DNA of 64,000 nt from NCBI GenBank assembly GCA_963558405.1, contig CAUWGC010000002.1, positions 40,852 to 104,851 on the forward strand, read 5' to 3'. The notes below the pieces were generated by a model. That model was not told the DNA's origin and did not search any database. It saw only the letters and a list, made by a program, of their open reading frames with translations. Positions 47,349 through 58,785 of the stretch are shown piece after piece (the stretch's first letter is position 1; every line of letters begins with the position of its first letter). Position numbers and translations under genes: made by a program. Source of the DNA: an uncultured Clostridia bacterium. Its GTDB lineage: Bacteria; Bacillota; Clostridia; TANB77; CAG-508.

Positions 47349-47440
47349 AATATTAAGATAAAAATAATATTGAAATAAAATAATTAATAAAAATTATAGA
47401 AGCTAATTTAGAAAAAACTCTAAATTAGCTTCTGATTTTT

Positions 47441-48787
47441 CTATTTATAGTCTTTCCCTATTATAATTGTAAAATCTACATTAGAATTATTTTCTCCAGT
47501 TGATATACTTCCTCTTCCTATTGCGTCTTTGATTTTATCTTCTATGGTAGTAGATTTGTTAGTTCTATTAATAATAGTTGTTTTAGAAGTAGTACTTGTA
47601 TTTCCTGATTTTGTTACTTTATATCCTAGTTCTTCTAATTTTTCTGTTACCTCAGTTAATGCTTTTTTACTTCCAGAACCATTTAAAACTTCTAATTTAA
47701 TAGTATCATTATTAGACTCTTGGCTTGTTCCTTCTTGAGTATTTGTTGTATTTCCAGAAATAGAATTTCCGTCTTCTTTATTTTCTTCTTCTGTTCCAAA
47801 TAATCTTTGAACTACCTCTTTTGTTCCTTCTTCATCTGGTGAAAAGAACCAAAGTCCATTAAATTTTTCTGATACACCTGGTATATCTTCACTATATAAA
47901 TTATCTGTGTTAAATTCTACTGCATAAGGAATATAATCTTTTAATGTGTTAAAATCTAAGTTTGTATTTACATTTGAGTTTACAATATCTATTAATCCAT
48001 TAATTTTGAAAATATTTTCTACTTTCATTGTTTGTTGTATTGCTGCTTTTATAAATTCTCTTTGTGTTCTCATTCTACCGTAGTCGCCTTCTCCATATGA
48101 TGCAGGATAAGTTGTTCCATCTTGATTTTTTCTAAATCTTAATAATTGCTCTGTTTTATTTCCATTAATTAATTGATATCCAGGGTCTAAATTAATAAAT
48201 AAATCTTGTGTATAATCTCTATACCACATTTTTATTGGAACATCAAACCATACTCCTCCAATATAGTCTACTACTTCTGTAATTGCTTTAGAATCAATTG
48301 CTACATAATATTTAATATCTAATCCTGTAAGTTCATTAATTTCTTTTAAAGCTTTTTCTGGTGATATCTGATATACAGAATTAATTTTATCATATGTATC
48401 TGCGTTTGACTTACTATCACCTATAAAGGTATCTCTTGGAATAGATAATAAAGATGCTTTTTGATTTTTAGGATTATATGAGCAAACCATAATAGAATCT
48501 GTAAGTTCCATTTCATCACTTTTTCCTAATACTAAACAATAAAGTGGTGGCAAATTTTTTCTAGTTTCTTCATCATGTCCAACTGCAGTTGCTAAAAATC
48601 CAGAAACTCCTCCTCCATTTTTCTTCATTTTATAAGCAAAAACTCCTGCTCCTATTAAACACAAAATAATAATTACAAGAAGCACTATCCTAAAAATTTT
48701 CCAGCCTTTTGACTTTTTCTTTTTCTTCTTTTTTGATTGTTTTGTTTCTACTTCTATTTCTATGTTTTCTTCTTTTTTTGGTTTCAC
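47441..48787 (-). CDS. LytR-CpsA-Psr (LCP) family cell-envelope phosphotransferase
   Basis: It has an N-terminal TM segment and the LCP core region (ELTDSIMVCSYNPKNQKASLLSIPRDTF). Confidence 0.8.
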   Translation of the reverse strand: MKPKKEENIEIEVETKQSKKKKKKKSKGWKIFRIVLLVIIILCLIGAGVFAYKMKKNGGGVSGFLATAVGHDEETRKNLPPLYCLVLGKSDEMELTDSIMVCSYNPKNQKASLLSIPRDTFIGDSKSNADTYDKINSVYQISPEKALKEINELTGLDIKYYVAIDSKAITEVVDYIGGVWFDVPIKMWYRDYTQDLFINLDPGYQLINGNKTEQLLRFRKNQDGTTYPASYGEGDYGRMRTQREFIKAAIQQTMKVENIFKINGLIDIVNSNVNTNLDFNTLKDYIPYAVEFNTDNLYSEDIPGVSEKFNGLWFFSPDEEGTKEVVQRLFGTEEENKEDGNSISGNTTNTQEGTSQESNNDTIKLEVLNGSGSKKALTEVTEKLEELGYKVTKSGNTSTTSKTTIINRTNKSTTIEDKIKDAIGRGSISTGENNSNVDFTIIIGKDYK

Positions 48788-48935
48788 CTTTTGGTCACTC
48801 CTTATAAAAAATTATAAGATAACTATATTTATTATATAAAAATTGACAAATAAATATAGCATGTTCTGACTGAACATGCTATAAGTATAACAAACTAAAT
48901 TTAAAATATCAATATATTAATAATAATTTAATAAA

Positions 48936-49595
48936 TTAAAATAACATTTTAACTAAAACATTATTTTCATACATTACATTTCCTATTATAGATTGTTTTA
49001 TCGGTTTTGTAATGTTGTTTGCATTTACTAATGGAGCTACTACAGAAATTATTCCTAATGCTAAATATACTAAGAATAAACCTTTTAATAATCCAAATAA
49101 AACTCCTCCTAATTTATTAAATTGTTTTAAAATTGGTAATTTAGCTATTAAATCTGAAAATACTTTTAATATCACTAAAATAATATTTGCAATTAAAAAT
49201 AATACTATAAATGTTCCTGCATTAATAATTGTTATAGAAATACTTTGTGCAAATTCTTCTGCTAATGCTTCCTTAGTTTTATCAGCAGCATTTTCTATAT
49301 TTTTATTAATATATTCTACAATAGCTTCTGTTGTTAAGCTGTTTGCTTCTTCTTCATTTGATGTTTCTTCTATTTGTGCTTTACTGTTTTCTTTAATAGA
49401 TTGTGCTATTTGTTCATCCCAATTTGTATTTTTTACAATAAAAGTTCCTACTGGTTTATACAATACCAATGCAATTATAATTGCTACAAAAAATGATATT
49501 ATTTTAAAAGCAACTCCTATTAATCCTTTGCGGTATCCTCCCCAAATACAAAGTCCAATAATAGCTACAATTATAAGATCTACTAAAATATTCAT
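48936..49595 (-). CDS. cvpA: CvpA-family membrane protein
   Basis: The N-terminus MNILVDLIIVAIIGLCIWGGYRKGLIG and four TM segments fit the family. Confidence 0.65.
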   Translation of the reverse strand: MNILVDLIIVAIIGLCIWGGYRKGLIGVAFKIISFFVAIIIALVLYKPVGTFIVKNTNWDEQIAQSIKENSKAQIEETSNEEEANSLTTEAIVEYINKNIENAADKTKEALAEEFAQSISITIINAGTFIVLFLIANIILVILKVFSDLIAKLPILKQFNKLGGVLFGLLKGLFLVYLALGIISVVAPLVNANNITKPIKQSIIGNVMYENNVLVKMLF

Positions 49596-49607
49596 TTTAT
49601 TTACCTC

Positions 49608-50798
49608 CTATATTCCAAATACTTCTATTTTATCTCTGTATACAACTCCTGCAATACTATTTCCTATAACAACATCTCTTACTTCTTGAGTTGAAATATA
49701 TTTTTTGATTAGCCATCCATTTGTGTTTATAAAATGTATTTCTGTTCCAAGGTGAATTGCAACTGTATTGTGATGTGTAAATACTTCTTTTGGAACTCTA
49801 TCTATTTTATAAACATTTTCTTTTTTATTATTTGTATTAATCATTACAATATTAGCACTTGATTTAAATAGACTTTCTTTTATTTCTTCTACTTTAAGAA
49901 CATATCCATCTAAATCTATATCCATTACTATTATTTTTTCATCTTGTAATTTAAATAATTCTTCTCTTGTTTGATTTTGCAAATATGAAATTCCTGTATC
50001 ATACATGCATAATAATGAATTTTTATCTGTATATTTTATATCTAATATTAAGTTATTTTCTTCTGCAGAATATGTATAATACATTGAATTTTCTGGATCT
50101 GTTTGTGCTTTTTCTAAATTCATAATTTTAATATTAGATTGAATTAAACTACCTAAAGTATTTACTTCTGCATATGCCAAATATTTATTGTCATTAGAAA
50201 TAGCAACATCAATTGCTTTTGTTTGGGATAAATATTTAGTTGGAAGATCTTTTCCTTCTTTAGTGTAACTTACAATTACAGTTTTATATGTAGTTCCTGT
50301 TAATATTACAGAAACATATCCATTTTTATTTACACTTATTCTTGAAATTTCACCCTCTACATCTTTTTCCCAAACAATATTTTTTTCATCTATTAGATAT
50401 AACTTTTTTCCATTTTTTTCAGCAATAACTAAAAAACGACCTTCGGAATCATAGATTGGATTACTTACTTGTATTTTTAATTCTCCTTCATTTTTCCCAG
50501 AAGAATTATATAATGTAAGAATATTTCTATTTAATACTGTTACATATTTATCATAAGCATAAATACTAGAATTTGACTCTCCATCTATTTCTATTATATT
50601 TGCATTATTTTCTTCTATCTTCTTTCTAAAAATATTAATGTCCATAAATTCTCTAAATTGCAAATTTGAAATATAAAGAGCTGAAACAGTTCCTACTAAT
50701 ATTAATATTACTAATATACATGTTACTGTAATTACTTTTTTCTTATTTACTTGTCTATTTTTTTTATTACCTTTTCCTTCACTATAGTAATCAATCAT
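49608..50798 (-). CDS. membrane-anchored hypothetical protein
   Basis: It has an N-terminal signal anchor and a large extracytoplasmic domain. Confidence 0.4.
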   Translation of the reverse strand: MIDYYSEGKGNKKNRQVNKKKVITVTCILVILILVGTVSALYISNLQFREFMDINIFRKKIEENNANIIEIDGESNSSIYAYDKYVTVLNRNILTLYNSSGKNEGELKIQVSNPIYDSEGRFLVIAEKNGKKLYLIDEKNIVWEKDVEGEISRISVNKNGYVSVILTGTTYKTVIVSYTKEGKDLPTKYLSQTKAIDVAISNDNKYLAYAEVNTLGSLIQSNIKIMNLEKAQTDPENSMYYTYSAEENNLILDIKYTDKNSLLCMYDTGISYLQNQTREELFKLQDEKIIVMDIDLDGYVLKVEEIKESLFKSSANIVMINTNNKKENVYKIDRVPKEVFTHHNTVAIHLGTEIHFINTNGWLIKKYISTQEVRDVVIGNSIAGVVYRDKIEVFGI

Positions 50799-50872
50799 TT
50801 AATTACTCCTTTTTTACTACTTCTTCTTTTATATCAATTTTTTAGTTTTTTTTCAATAGAAAACTTCAAATT

Positions 50873-51916
50873 TTAATATACTTTTTGTTTATATAACGAA
50901 GAACAAAATAAAAATAGAATTTGTATAATTCCTAAATATCCAAAAATAGGATATAATACATTAACTAAATTAGAAAATCCTAAATGAGCTACAAACACAC
51001 TGCTTATACATAAAAAAACATTTTTTAGAAAATATTTTTCATTTTCTTTTTCTCCATCTTTTAAAAAGCTATATCCTGTACATATTGCGGATGTAAAAAT
51101 AGCAGCAACTATAACAAATCCATAAATATATGGATATATTTTTCCACATAAATTTGCTACGTATATAATAGGTATTTCTATGCTATCAATTAGTATATCT
51201 ATCTTAGTAAGAGTTACTAAGATACTAAAACTCATAATACCTAATATTATTGTACATACTATTGCTGTTTCAAAAATATGTGATTTCTTTACTATATATT
51301 CTTTTAAAGGAATTAAAATAGGTATTAACAATATACTATTATAACTACTATACAATATAGCACTTATAATCCAATTAGTACTGCTTTCAATTTTTAGCAT
51401 TTTAATTTTGTCTATTATATTTATTTCAAATGTTTTTATTCCTAATATTAAAATAAATACTATTAAAATAGGTACTATAATAACATTAGCATTTATTATT
51501 CCTTTAATATCCTTGCAAAAAATAAAAAAAGAAGTTAAAGCTATAATTAAACTTCCTAATATAATAGGAAGCTTAAATTCCTGTTTAAAATATGTACTAA
51601 ATCCAGATACCATTACATAAAAACTTATTAATATAAAAGATTTAATAATCAAGTTTAGTACAATTATCAACTTGGATTTTCGATTTTTCTTTGTAATATG
51701 CACTAAAAAATCTTGATAGCTATTAATTGGATATTTTTGCAATATTATTAATGTTTTTGTAATTATAAGCCCTGTTAAAATTGAAGATAATAAAACAGCT
51801 TTTATAGATTCTTCTCCATATCTTCCAAAAAAGCTATATATTTCTTTTCCAGATGCAAAGCCTGCTCCTATCAAGCTTCCTATAATAACAAAAGTAATTT
51901 TTGCAACATTTTTCAA
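50873..51916 (-). CDS. polytopic membrane protein (YkvI-like putative transporter)
   Basis: It has about 10 TM segments and a GAGFASGKE motif. Confidence 0.4.
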   Translation of the reverse strand: MKNVAKITFVIIGSLIGAGFASGKEIYSFFGRYGEESIKAVLLSSILTGLIITKTLIILQKYPINSYQDFLVHITKKNRKSKLIIVLNLIIKSFILISFYVMVSGFSTYFKQEFKLPIILGSLIIALTSFFIFCKDIKGIINANVIIVPILIVFILILGIKTFEINIIDKIKMLKIESSTNWIISAILYSSYNSILLIPILIPLKEYIVKKSHIFETAIVCTIILGIMSFSILVTLTKIDILIDSIEIPIIYVANLCGKIYPYIYGFVIVAAIFTSAICTGYSFLKDGEKENEKYFLKNVFLCISSVFVAHLGFSNLVNVLYPIFGYLGIIQILFLFCSSLYKQKVY

Positions 51917-51966
51917 AGTAAAGCCCCCTTTTCATTTTTATGAAAAGGGGTGCTAAAATATTCTTT

Positions 51967-53421
51967 TTATCTCTTTCTTCTTCTAATTTGCCATACAACA
52001 ATTCCTATTAATACAATCACAGCTGGTACTGTAAAAATAATAATACGAATTATATTATCTTGTTGTTGTGTTGCTGTATAAGTAACTGTACCTGTATTTT
52101 TACGAATTGTAATAGCATCTTCTCTTTGATTTAAATATGCAATAGAATTTAAAACTAAATCTTTATTATTATATACCAAAACAGAATTGATATATTGTTC
52201 TCCTGATACTATTCTAGAATCACTTGCAAATACTGCATTAGAATATACAATCATAGTAGAATTTGTATTGTCATCTATTTTTTTAATAATTTCTGCTCCT
52301 AATGTAAATTCTCCTTGTTCATCTGTATCATTTAATTCATCTGAACCATCTGTTAAATCTGTTCTAAAATAAGATGTAGAACTACTTGTTAAAATAGTAT
52401 TTATTGTTAATCCTAATTCTTCTTTTTTGTTTTCATCTGGCATATTAATTTTAGTTGCATCCATCATCATTATTCCACCATCAGATTCTAGATTTCTTGT
52501 AATACTAGTTGTAGAAATAATATTAGGTTTTATAAATTCAGGATTTTGAAAAGCCATTTTACTACTGTCTGTTTCTTTAATAATACCATTTGCAAAGCTA
52601 ATACCATACAAATCTAGTACTTTTTGTACATTTGGTAGTTCTTTTCCTGTTAAATTTGGATCATTTAACCATAATATTTTTCCACCTTTATTAATATAAT
52701 TCATTATTTTTTCTGTTTCTATATCAGAAAAATCTTTACTTGGTGATGCAATTATTAAAACATCACAATCTTCTGGCATTTCTTTTGCAAGTAAGTCTAA
52801 AGAATTAATAGTGTTTATATCATTTTCAATATATGCCCCTAATATTAACATTGTTTTTTGACCTGTATAATCTAAAGCATATTCTCCATGATTTGTTAAG
52901 AAATATATATTTGGTTTTTCATCAATAGTTGTTTCTAAAATACCATTTGTTAGTTTTTGTTCTGTAACATCAATACTTTCACCGGTATTATAATCAAATG
53001 TATAAAAATCTGATGTTGTTAATATTTTTTCTTTGTCTGAAGATTGTATTACTACTGCTTGTGTATCTGTTGTTAATCCATATTTTTCTTGTAAATCTGG
53101 TCTACTTGCAGTATCTATTATTTCTACTTTTACCTTATCATTTATTTTTTGATATTGCTTTGATAAATCAACGATGGAATTATCTTCGTTAAATCCAAAG
53201 AAATATATTGTAACATCTTTTTTTACATTTTTAACTTGTTCTTTTGATTCATCTGATAAAGAATATAACTTTTGCTCTGTAATATCAATTGAAGTAAGAT
53301 TTAAACTTCTTACCCACAAATTTAGGGCAATAAAAATAGCAATACAAATAAAAATTAATAATATAGTCATTGCCGTTTTACTTAACCAATTTCTTTTTAT
53401 TTTTTCAATAAATGTTTTCAA
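51967..53421 (-). CDS. GldG-like ABC-transporter auxiliary protein
   Basis: It has N- and C-terminal TM anchors and sits downstream of the ABC-2 permease/ATPase pair. Confidence 0.55.
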   Translation of the reverse strand: MKTFIEKIKRNWLSKTAMTILLIFICIAIFIALNLWVRSLNLTSIDITEQKLYSLSDESKEQVKNVKKDVTIYFFGFNEDNSIVDLSKQYQKINDKVKVEIIDTASRPDLQEKYGLTTDTQAVVIQSSDKEKILTTSDFYTFDYNTGESIDVTEQKLTNGILETTIDEKPNIYFLTNHGEYALDYTGQKTMLILGAYIENDINTINSLDLLAKEMPEDCDVLIIASPSKDFSDIETEKIMNYINKGGKILWLNDPNLTGKELPNVQKVLDLYGISFANGIIKETDSSKMAFQNPEFIKPNIISTTSITRNLESDGGIMMMDATKINMPDENKKEELGLTINTILTSSSTSYFRTDLTDGSDELNDTDEQGEFTLGAEIIKKIDDNTNSTMIVYSNAVFASDSRIVSGEQYINSVLVYNNKDLVLNSIAYLNQREDAITIRKNTGTVTYTATQQQDNIIRIIIFTVPAVIVLIGIVVWQIRRRKR

Positions 53422-53439
53422 TTTTATTTCTCCTTTCTT

Positions 53440-54120
53440 TTATTTTACTGTTTTTCTTCTTTGCAAAACTATAATTGTTAAAATAATAAATAGCAAAGTA
53501 AAGGATATATAAGTAACCAATTCATCTAAGGCAATAACTCCTGATGGAAATTTATCAAACATATTTATAAGAGAAAAAGGTGCTAATGTTTGACTTAAAC
53601 TAGGTATAAACCATGTTAAAATAAAAAATCCAATTGTAATTACTCCTGCAATAATTTGGTTTTCTGTTAAACTAGAAGCAAACATTCCAAAAGAAATATA
53701 TGCCATTGCTAATAATAAAAATCCAAACATTGTTACAAGCGCAGTTACTATTTGTGGTTTACCAAAATACATTAATATTCCAAAATACATAAAAGTAAAT
53801 AATTCTGTTATAAATACAATAATTACAGCTGAAATAAATTTACCAAGTACAATACTTGTAACGCTTCTTGGAGATGTTATAAGTAACTGTTCTGTTCCAG
53901 ATTTTCTTTCCTCAGCAAACATTCTCATTGTTAAAATAGGAATAACAAATGTTAAGATTGTAGAAGCTGAGTAAAATAAATATTCAAAGTTTGTACTTCT
54001 ATATTGAATGATATCAATATAAAAGAAAATACTACACATTGCTAAAAATAATCCAATGAATATGTATCCTATTGGTGATAAAAAATAAGATTTTACTTCT
54101 TTTTTTACAACTGCCCACAT
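53440..54120 (-). CDS. ABC-2 family permease
   Basis: It has six TM segments and shares a 1-bp stop/start overlap with the ATPase gene. Confidence 0.65.
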   Translation of the reverse strand: MWAVVKKEVKSYFLSPIGYIFIGLFLAMCSIFFYIDIIQYRSTNFEYLFYSASTILTFVIPILTMRMFAEERKSGTEQLLITSPRSVTSIVLGKFISAVIIVFITELFTFMYFGILMYFGKPQIVTALVTMFGFLLLAMAYISFGMFASSLTENQIIAGVITIGFFILTWFIPSLSQTLAPFSLINMFDKFPSGVIALDELVTYISFTLLFIILTIIVLQRRKTVK

Positions 54121-55133
54121 TACTTACCTTCCTCCTTTTTATCTTCTATTTTTTTCTTTTTATTTTTTGAATTTTCTTTAACTTCTTCATTAACTGTTTC
54201 TGTTTGACTTATCAATTTCATAAAAGCATCTTCTAATGTAGCTTCTGTTTTCTTTAATTCAAATATTGTTATTCCTGCTTTTGCAAATTCTTCAAAAATA
54301 TCTTTTCTTATATCTTTATCATTATCACAAGTAATCATATATTGTTTTGTTCCATCTTCTAAGTCTTTTATTAATTTTATTTCTTTGATATTTTCAATAG
54401 TCTCTTTCATACTATCTATTTTGTTTTCTTTATCTTCTACTGTAACCAATATAGAATTTGCTTCTTCTACTTTATTTTCTAAATTTTCTGGTGAGTCAAT
54501 AGCTACTATTTTTCCTTTATTTATTATAATTACTTTTTCACAAATTTGGCTTACTTCTGACAAAATATGAGAACTTAAAATAACTGTATGTTCCTTTCCT
54601 AATGATTTTATCATAGTTCTAATTTCTGTAATTTGTTTTGGATCTAATCCTACTGTAGGTTCGTCTAAAATTAATACTTTTGGATTTCCTACCAAACTTC
54701 CAGCTAAGCTTACTCTTTGCTTATAACCTCTTGAAAGATTTTTTATTATTTTATTTTGTACATCTTCTAATCCTGTTTTTTTAATAATATCTTCCACATT
54801 TTGTTTTCTTTCTTTTCTAGGAATCATTTTTAATTCTGCCATATAGTTTAAAAATTCCCTTGGTGTTAAATCTAAATATAAAGGTGTGCTTTCTGGCATA
54901 TAACCTATATATTTTTTAGCTTTTTTAGGTTTTTTTAAAACATCCACATTATTTATTAAAATTTCTCCTTCTGTTTGTTCTATAAAACCTGTAATCATAT
55001 TCATTGTAGTACTTTTTCCGGCTCCATTTGGTCCTAATAAACCTACAATTTGACCTTCACCGATTTCAAAACTAATGTTATCTACAGCAATAAAATTGCC
55101 ATATTTTTTTGTAACATTCTTTAGTTCAATCAA
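54120..55133 (-). CDS. ABC transporter ATP-binding protein
   Basis: It has Walker A GLLGPNGAGKST, the signature LSRGYKQRVSLAG, and Walker B ILILDEPT. Confidence 0.85.
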   Translation of the reverse strand: MIELKNVTKKYGNFIAVDNISFEIGEGQIVGLLGPNGAGKSTTMNMITGFIEQTEGEILINNVDVLKKPKKAKKYIGYMPESTPLYLDLTPREFLNYMAELKMIPRKERKQNVEDIIKKTGLEDVQNKIIKNLSRGYKQRVSLAGSLVGNPKVLILDEPTVGLDPKQITEIRTMIKSLGKEHTVILSSHILSEVSQICEKVIIINKGKIVAIDSPENLENKVEEANSILVTVEDKENKIDSMKETIENIKEIKLIKDLEDGTKQYMITCDNDKDIRKDIFEEFAKAGITIFELKKTEATLEDAFMKLISQTETVNEEVKENSKNKKKKIEDKKEEGK

Positions 55134-55343
55134 GTAAATCTCCTCCTTATTTAATTTTGCTATGACAATATTAACATCTCATTTTAATATTTTCAACTAA
55201 ATCTTGCAGAATTTACACAAAATTCACAAAGTATTATATCCGTAAGATTTTCGACTTTATTTTTATATTTTAAATACACTTATTTTTGTACTATTTTTTT
55301 ATGATTAGAATACCTATTAAAAAAAGAAAGGTAGGACATTTAA

Positions 55344-55967
55344 ATGGAATATATATATCCTTTTTCAATAGCTTTTTTGTTTATTTTTCTTTCTGAACTT
55401 GGAGATAAAACTCAACTTCTAGTATTATCATTTTCAACTAAAACAAGTATAAAAGTCATTTTAACTGGGGTTGCTATTGGCTCATTCTTTAGTCATGGTG
55501 TTGCTATTTTATTTGGAAGTAGTCTTGGAAATATTGGTAACGAATTTTTTAAACAAACTTTACAATTAATTACTTATATTTCTTTTATTGTATTTGGTAT
55601 TTTGAGCTTTCTTCCTTCTAAAGAAGAACCTCAAAAAAATTCTCCTAAAGGTTTTTTATTTAAATTATCACATCAGAAATTAAATTATATAATTATGATT
55701 GCCTTTAGTATTGCTATTGGAGAGTTAGGAGATAAAACATTTTTAGCATCTATGGGACTTGGAATACAATATTCATATTCTAAGTTTTTCCTTATTATAG
55801 GAGCTGTTTTAGGCATGGTTTTTAGCAATTTTTTAGCAATTATATTAGGAAAACTTCTTTCTAAAAAAATCTCTGCAAAGTCAATGAACTTTTTATCCGG
55901 TATTTTGTTCCTAAGTTTTGGAATTTTGGGTATATTATGTTTTTTGTTTGAAGTATTGAGTTTTTAA
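55344..55967 (+). CDS. GDT1/UPF0016 (TMEM165) family cation transporter
   Basis: The duplicated motifs E-LGDKTQL and ELGDKTFL are present. Confidence 0.7.
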   Translation: MEYIYPFSIAFLFIFLSELGDKTQLLVLSFSTKTSIKVILTGVAIGSFFSHGVAILFGSSLGNIGNEFFKQTLQLITYISFIVFGILSFLPSKEEPQKNSPKGFLFKLSHQKLNYIIMIAFSIAIGELGDKTFLASMGLGIQYSYSKFFLIIGAVLGMVFSNFLAIILGKLLSKKISAKSMNFLSGILFLSFGILGILCFLFEVLSF

Positions 55968-56014
55968 AAAATTTCCGTTATAATAGTGTAAAAATAAAAA
56001 ATGAGGTAATTATT

Positions 56015-56305
56015 ATGAACAGTAAACAAAGAGCATATTTAAGAGGACTTGCAAATACAATAGAACCAATTTTTCAAATTGGTAAATCTGGAATTTCTTC
56101 TAATTTAATAAAACAATTATCAGATGCATTAGAAGCCAGAGAATTAATTAAAATATCTGTATTAGAAACAGCCCCACTTTCTGTAAAAGATTTAGCAAAT
56201 GAAGTTGCAAAACAAACTGATTCTATTTTAGTACAGACAGTTGGAAGTAAAATCACATTATATAAAGCTAGAAAAAAAGACTCTAAAATAATACTTCCAA
56301 ATTAA
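56015..56305 (+). CDS. yhbY: YhbY-family RNA-binding (CRM domain) ribosome assembly protein
   Basis: SKQRAYLRGLANTIEPIFQIGKSGIS, with a GKSG loop, in a 96-aa ORF. Confidence 0.75.
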   Translation: MNSKQRAYLRGLANTIEPIFQIGKSGISSNLIKQLSDALEARELIKISVLETAPLSVKDLANEVAKQTDSILVQTVGSKITLYKARKKDSKIILPN

Positions 56306-56435
56306 TATAAAAAGAAAACTATTAAAAGCATCATTTGATAGTTTTCTTTTTATATTATTATCAATTTTCAATGTTTTTTCTTTTTTAGTGTTGACATTAC
56401 TTTGTTTTTATGGTATCATAATTATCGTTGAATAT

Positions 56436-56512
<77 letters not shown>

Positions 56513-56514
56513 AA

Positions 56515-56543
56515 ACATCTACTTTTTGAGTAGATGTTTTTTT
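56515..56543 (+). terminator. rho-independent terminator after tRNA-Arg
   Basis: The stem ACATCTACT-ttttg-AGTAGATGT is followed by TTTTTT. Confidence 0.6.
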
Positions 56544-56708
56544 ATTGCATTGTAAACTTGATAAGTATTTTTACAAATAAAAAAGAACTAGTAGAGAGAC
56601 ACTAGTTCTTTAGTTCATTCACTTTAACAAAAGAGAAAAGGAGTGAGCTAGACAGTTTAATGACGTCTCATTACTTATCTAGCTCAGAAGGTATATAAAC
56701 GCCTTTTC

Positions 56709-56921
56709 TTATTTTTCTATACGATATAAATCTTTTTCTTCTATATTTAGTGCTTTAGCAATACGAATAATAACAGAAAGAGTTGGTTCTTTTTCTTGTT
56801 TTTCAATATAATTTAAATGAGATTTTGATATTCCAGTCATTTTAGCTAATTGTTCCAAAGAAATATTTCTTTCTTTACGTATGTCCTTTAATAAAATTTT
56901 AACGCGCATCCTTACCACCAA
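56709..56921 (-). CDS. XRE-family HTH transcriptional regulator
   Basis: ISLEQLAKMTGISKSHLNYIEKQEK is an XRE-type HTH. Confidence 0.6.
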   Translation of the reverse strand: MVVRMRVKILLKDIRKERNISLEQLAKMTGISKSHLNYIEKQEKEPTLSVIIRIAKALNIEEKDLYRIEK

Positions 56922-57169
56922 ATATAGTATGTTCTATTTTGTATATACCATACATTTTGTTCACTTTGGTGGAATTATTTAAATTTTTTGTCGAAAAATG
57001 TAGTATTAATGCACTTTTTAGCTTATGGTTTATATTTTTTCTTTTATTTTAAACTATAGTTATATTTGTATTTAGGTTGTAACTCTTTAATATATAATTG
57101 TTTTATTTTTTTACTATTAAAATTTAAAAAGTGTCTTAAAAAATTAATATTTAAGACACTTTTTATTAT

Positions 57170-58573
57170 TTAATTTTCCCAAAAACATTTATATGCCATG
57201 TATGCAGTATAGACGTCAAATTTGCTTGTAACTTCATATGGAGCATGCATTGATAATACTGGAACTCCACAATCTATAACATCTATTCCCTTGTTTGCTA
57301 AAATATATGCAATAGTTCCTCCGCCTCCGACATCTACTTTTCCTAGTTCAGATATTTTGTATGGAACATTATTTTTTTCAAAAATATTTCTTACTTTTGC
57401 AACAAATTCAGCATTTGCATCAGAAGCTCCTGACTTTCCTCTTCCTCCTGTATATTTATTAAGTCCTATTCCTTGTCCTAAATATGCTGCATTATTTTTT
57501 TCTGATACATGGGCATAAATAGGGTCTAACCCAGCATCCACATCTGCTGATAACATTTCTGAATTAATAAATACTTTATCCAATAAATTTGGTCTATTTA
57601 TACCCAATTTATTTAATAATTCTGAAATAAATGTATCAAATACATGTGATTCCATTCCTGTATTTCCTACACTACCGATTTCTTCTTTATCAGATAATAT
57701 ACAAACAGAAGTAATTTTTGGATTTTCTATATTAAATAATGCTGTTAGTGCTGTGTAACTACATACTTTATCATCTTGACCATATCCTGCAATCATACTT
57801 CTATCTAGTCCTAGTGTACGTGCTCTAAATGCTGGAACCAACTCTAATTCTGAACTATTAAAATCAGCTTCTGTTATTCCATATTTTTGATTTAGTATTG
57901 CTAATATATTTAATTTTATTTTTTCTGAAACTTTACTTTCATCATATGGCATACTACCAATTAATAAATTTAAGTCTTCACCTGAGATAGCTTCTTTTAA
58001 CTTCTTTTCCATTTGTTCTTGTGCTAAATGTGGTAATAAATCAGTTATAGTAAAAATTGGATCATCTTCCGCTTCTCCTATACTAATATTTATTTTTTCA
58101 CCATTTGATTTTACAATTACACCATGGATAGCAAGAGGAATAGTTGTCCATTGATATTTTTTAATTCCTCCATAATAGTGAGTTTTAAAATAAGCAAAAC
58201 CACTATCCTCATATAATGGATTTGGTTTTAAATCCAATCTTGGAGAATCAACATGTGCTCCTATAATTTTCATTCCATTTTCTATAGATTCTGTTCCAAT
58301 TACAGCTAAATACATGCTTTTTTCTTTATTTATATAATACACTTTATCTCCAGGTTTTAATTCTTCATATGAATAAATATCCTTAAACCCTCTTAACTCC
58401 GCTTCTATTTTTGCATTAGCAACAAATTCTCTCTCTGTTTTTGAGCGATTTAAAAAATCCATGTATCCTTCACAATAGTTAAAAATCTCTTTTTTCTTTT
58501 CCTCTTCTATTCCTTCCCATCCACTTTTTTCTTTTCTAAATAATTGATTTTTCAAATTTTCTGTATCTTGCAT
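57170..58573 (-). CDS. M18-family aminopeptidase
   Basis: It has the HVDSP motif (IGAHVDSPRLDLKPN) at the 467-aa size typical of the family. Confidence 0.75.
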   Translation of the reverse strand: MQDTENLKNQLFRKEKSGWEGIEEEKKKEIFNYCEGYMDFLNRSKTEREFVANAKIEAELRGFKDIYSYEELKPGDKVYYINKEKSMYLAVIGTESIENGMKIIGAHVDSPRLDLKPNPLYEDSGFAYFKTHYYGGIKKYQWTTIPLAIHGVIVKSNGEKINISIGEAEDDPIFTITDLLPHLAQEQMEKKLKEAISGEDLNLLIGSMPYDESKVSEKIKLNILAILNQKYGITEADFNSSELELVPAFRARTLGLDRSMIAGYGQDDKVCSYTALTALFNIENPKITSVCILSDKEEIGSVGNTGMESHVFDTFISELLNKLGINRPNLLDKVFINSEMLSADVDAGLDPIYAHVSEKNNAAYLGQGIGLNKYTGGRGKSGASDANAEFVAKVRNIFEKNNVPYKISELGKVDVGGGGTIAYILANKGIDVIDCGVPVLSMHAPYEVTSKFDVYTAYMAYKCFWEN

Positions 58574-58785
58574 TTTTTACCTCCTTTAATTTATTATATC
58601 CATTATCTTTTATTATATTAATTCATCTTTTTAAAATAGTCAATGAAATTATAATTTTTTATTAATAATACTGTATTTTTTGAATATTATATTTTATCTG
58701 AAATTTATAAAATTAGTTGTAATTTATATGTCGAATATGGTATAACTAAAGAAGATTATTACTTAATTTAAAGAGGAGAATATAC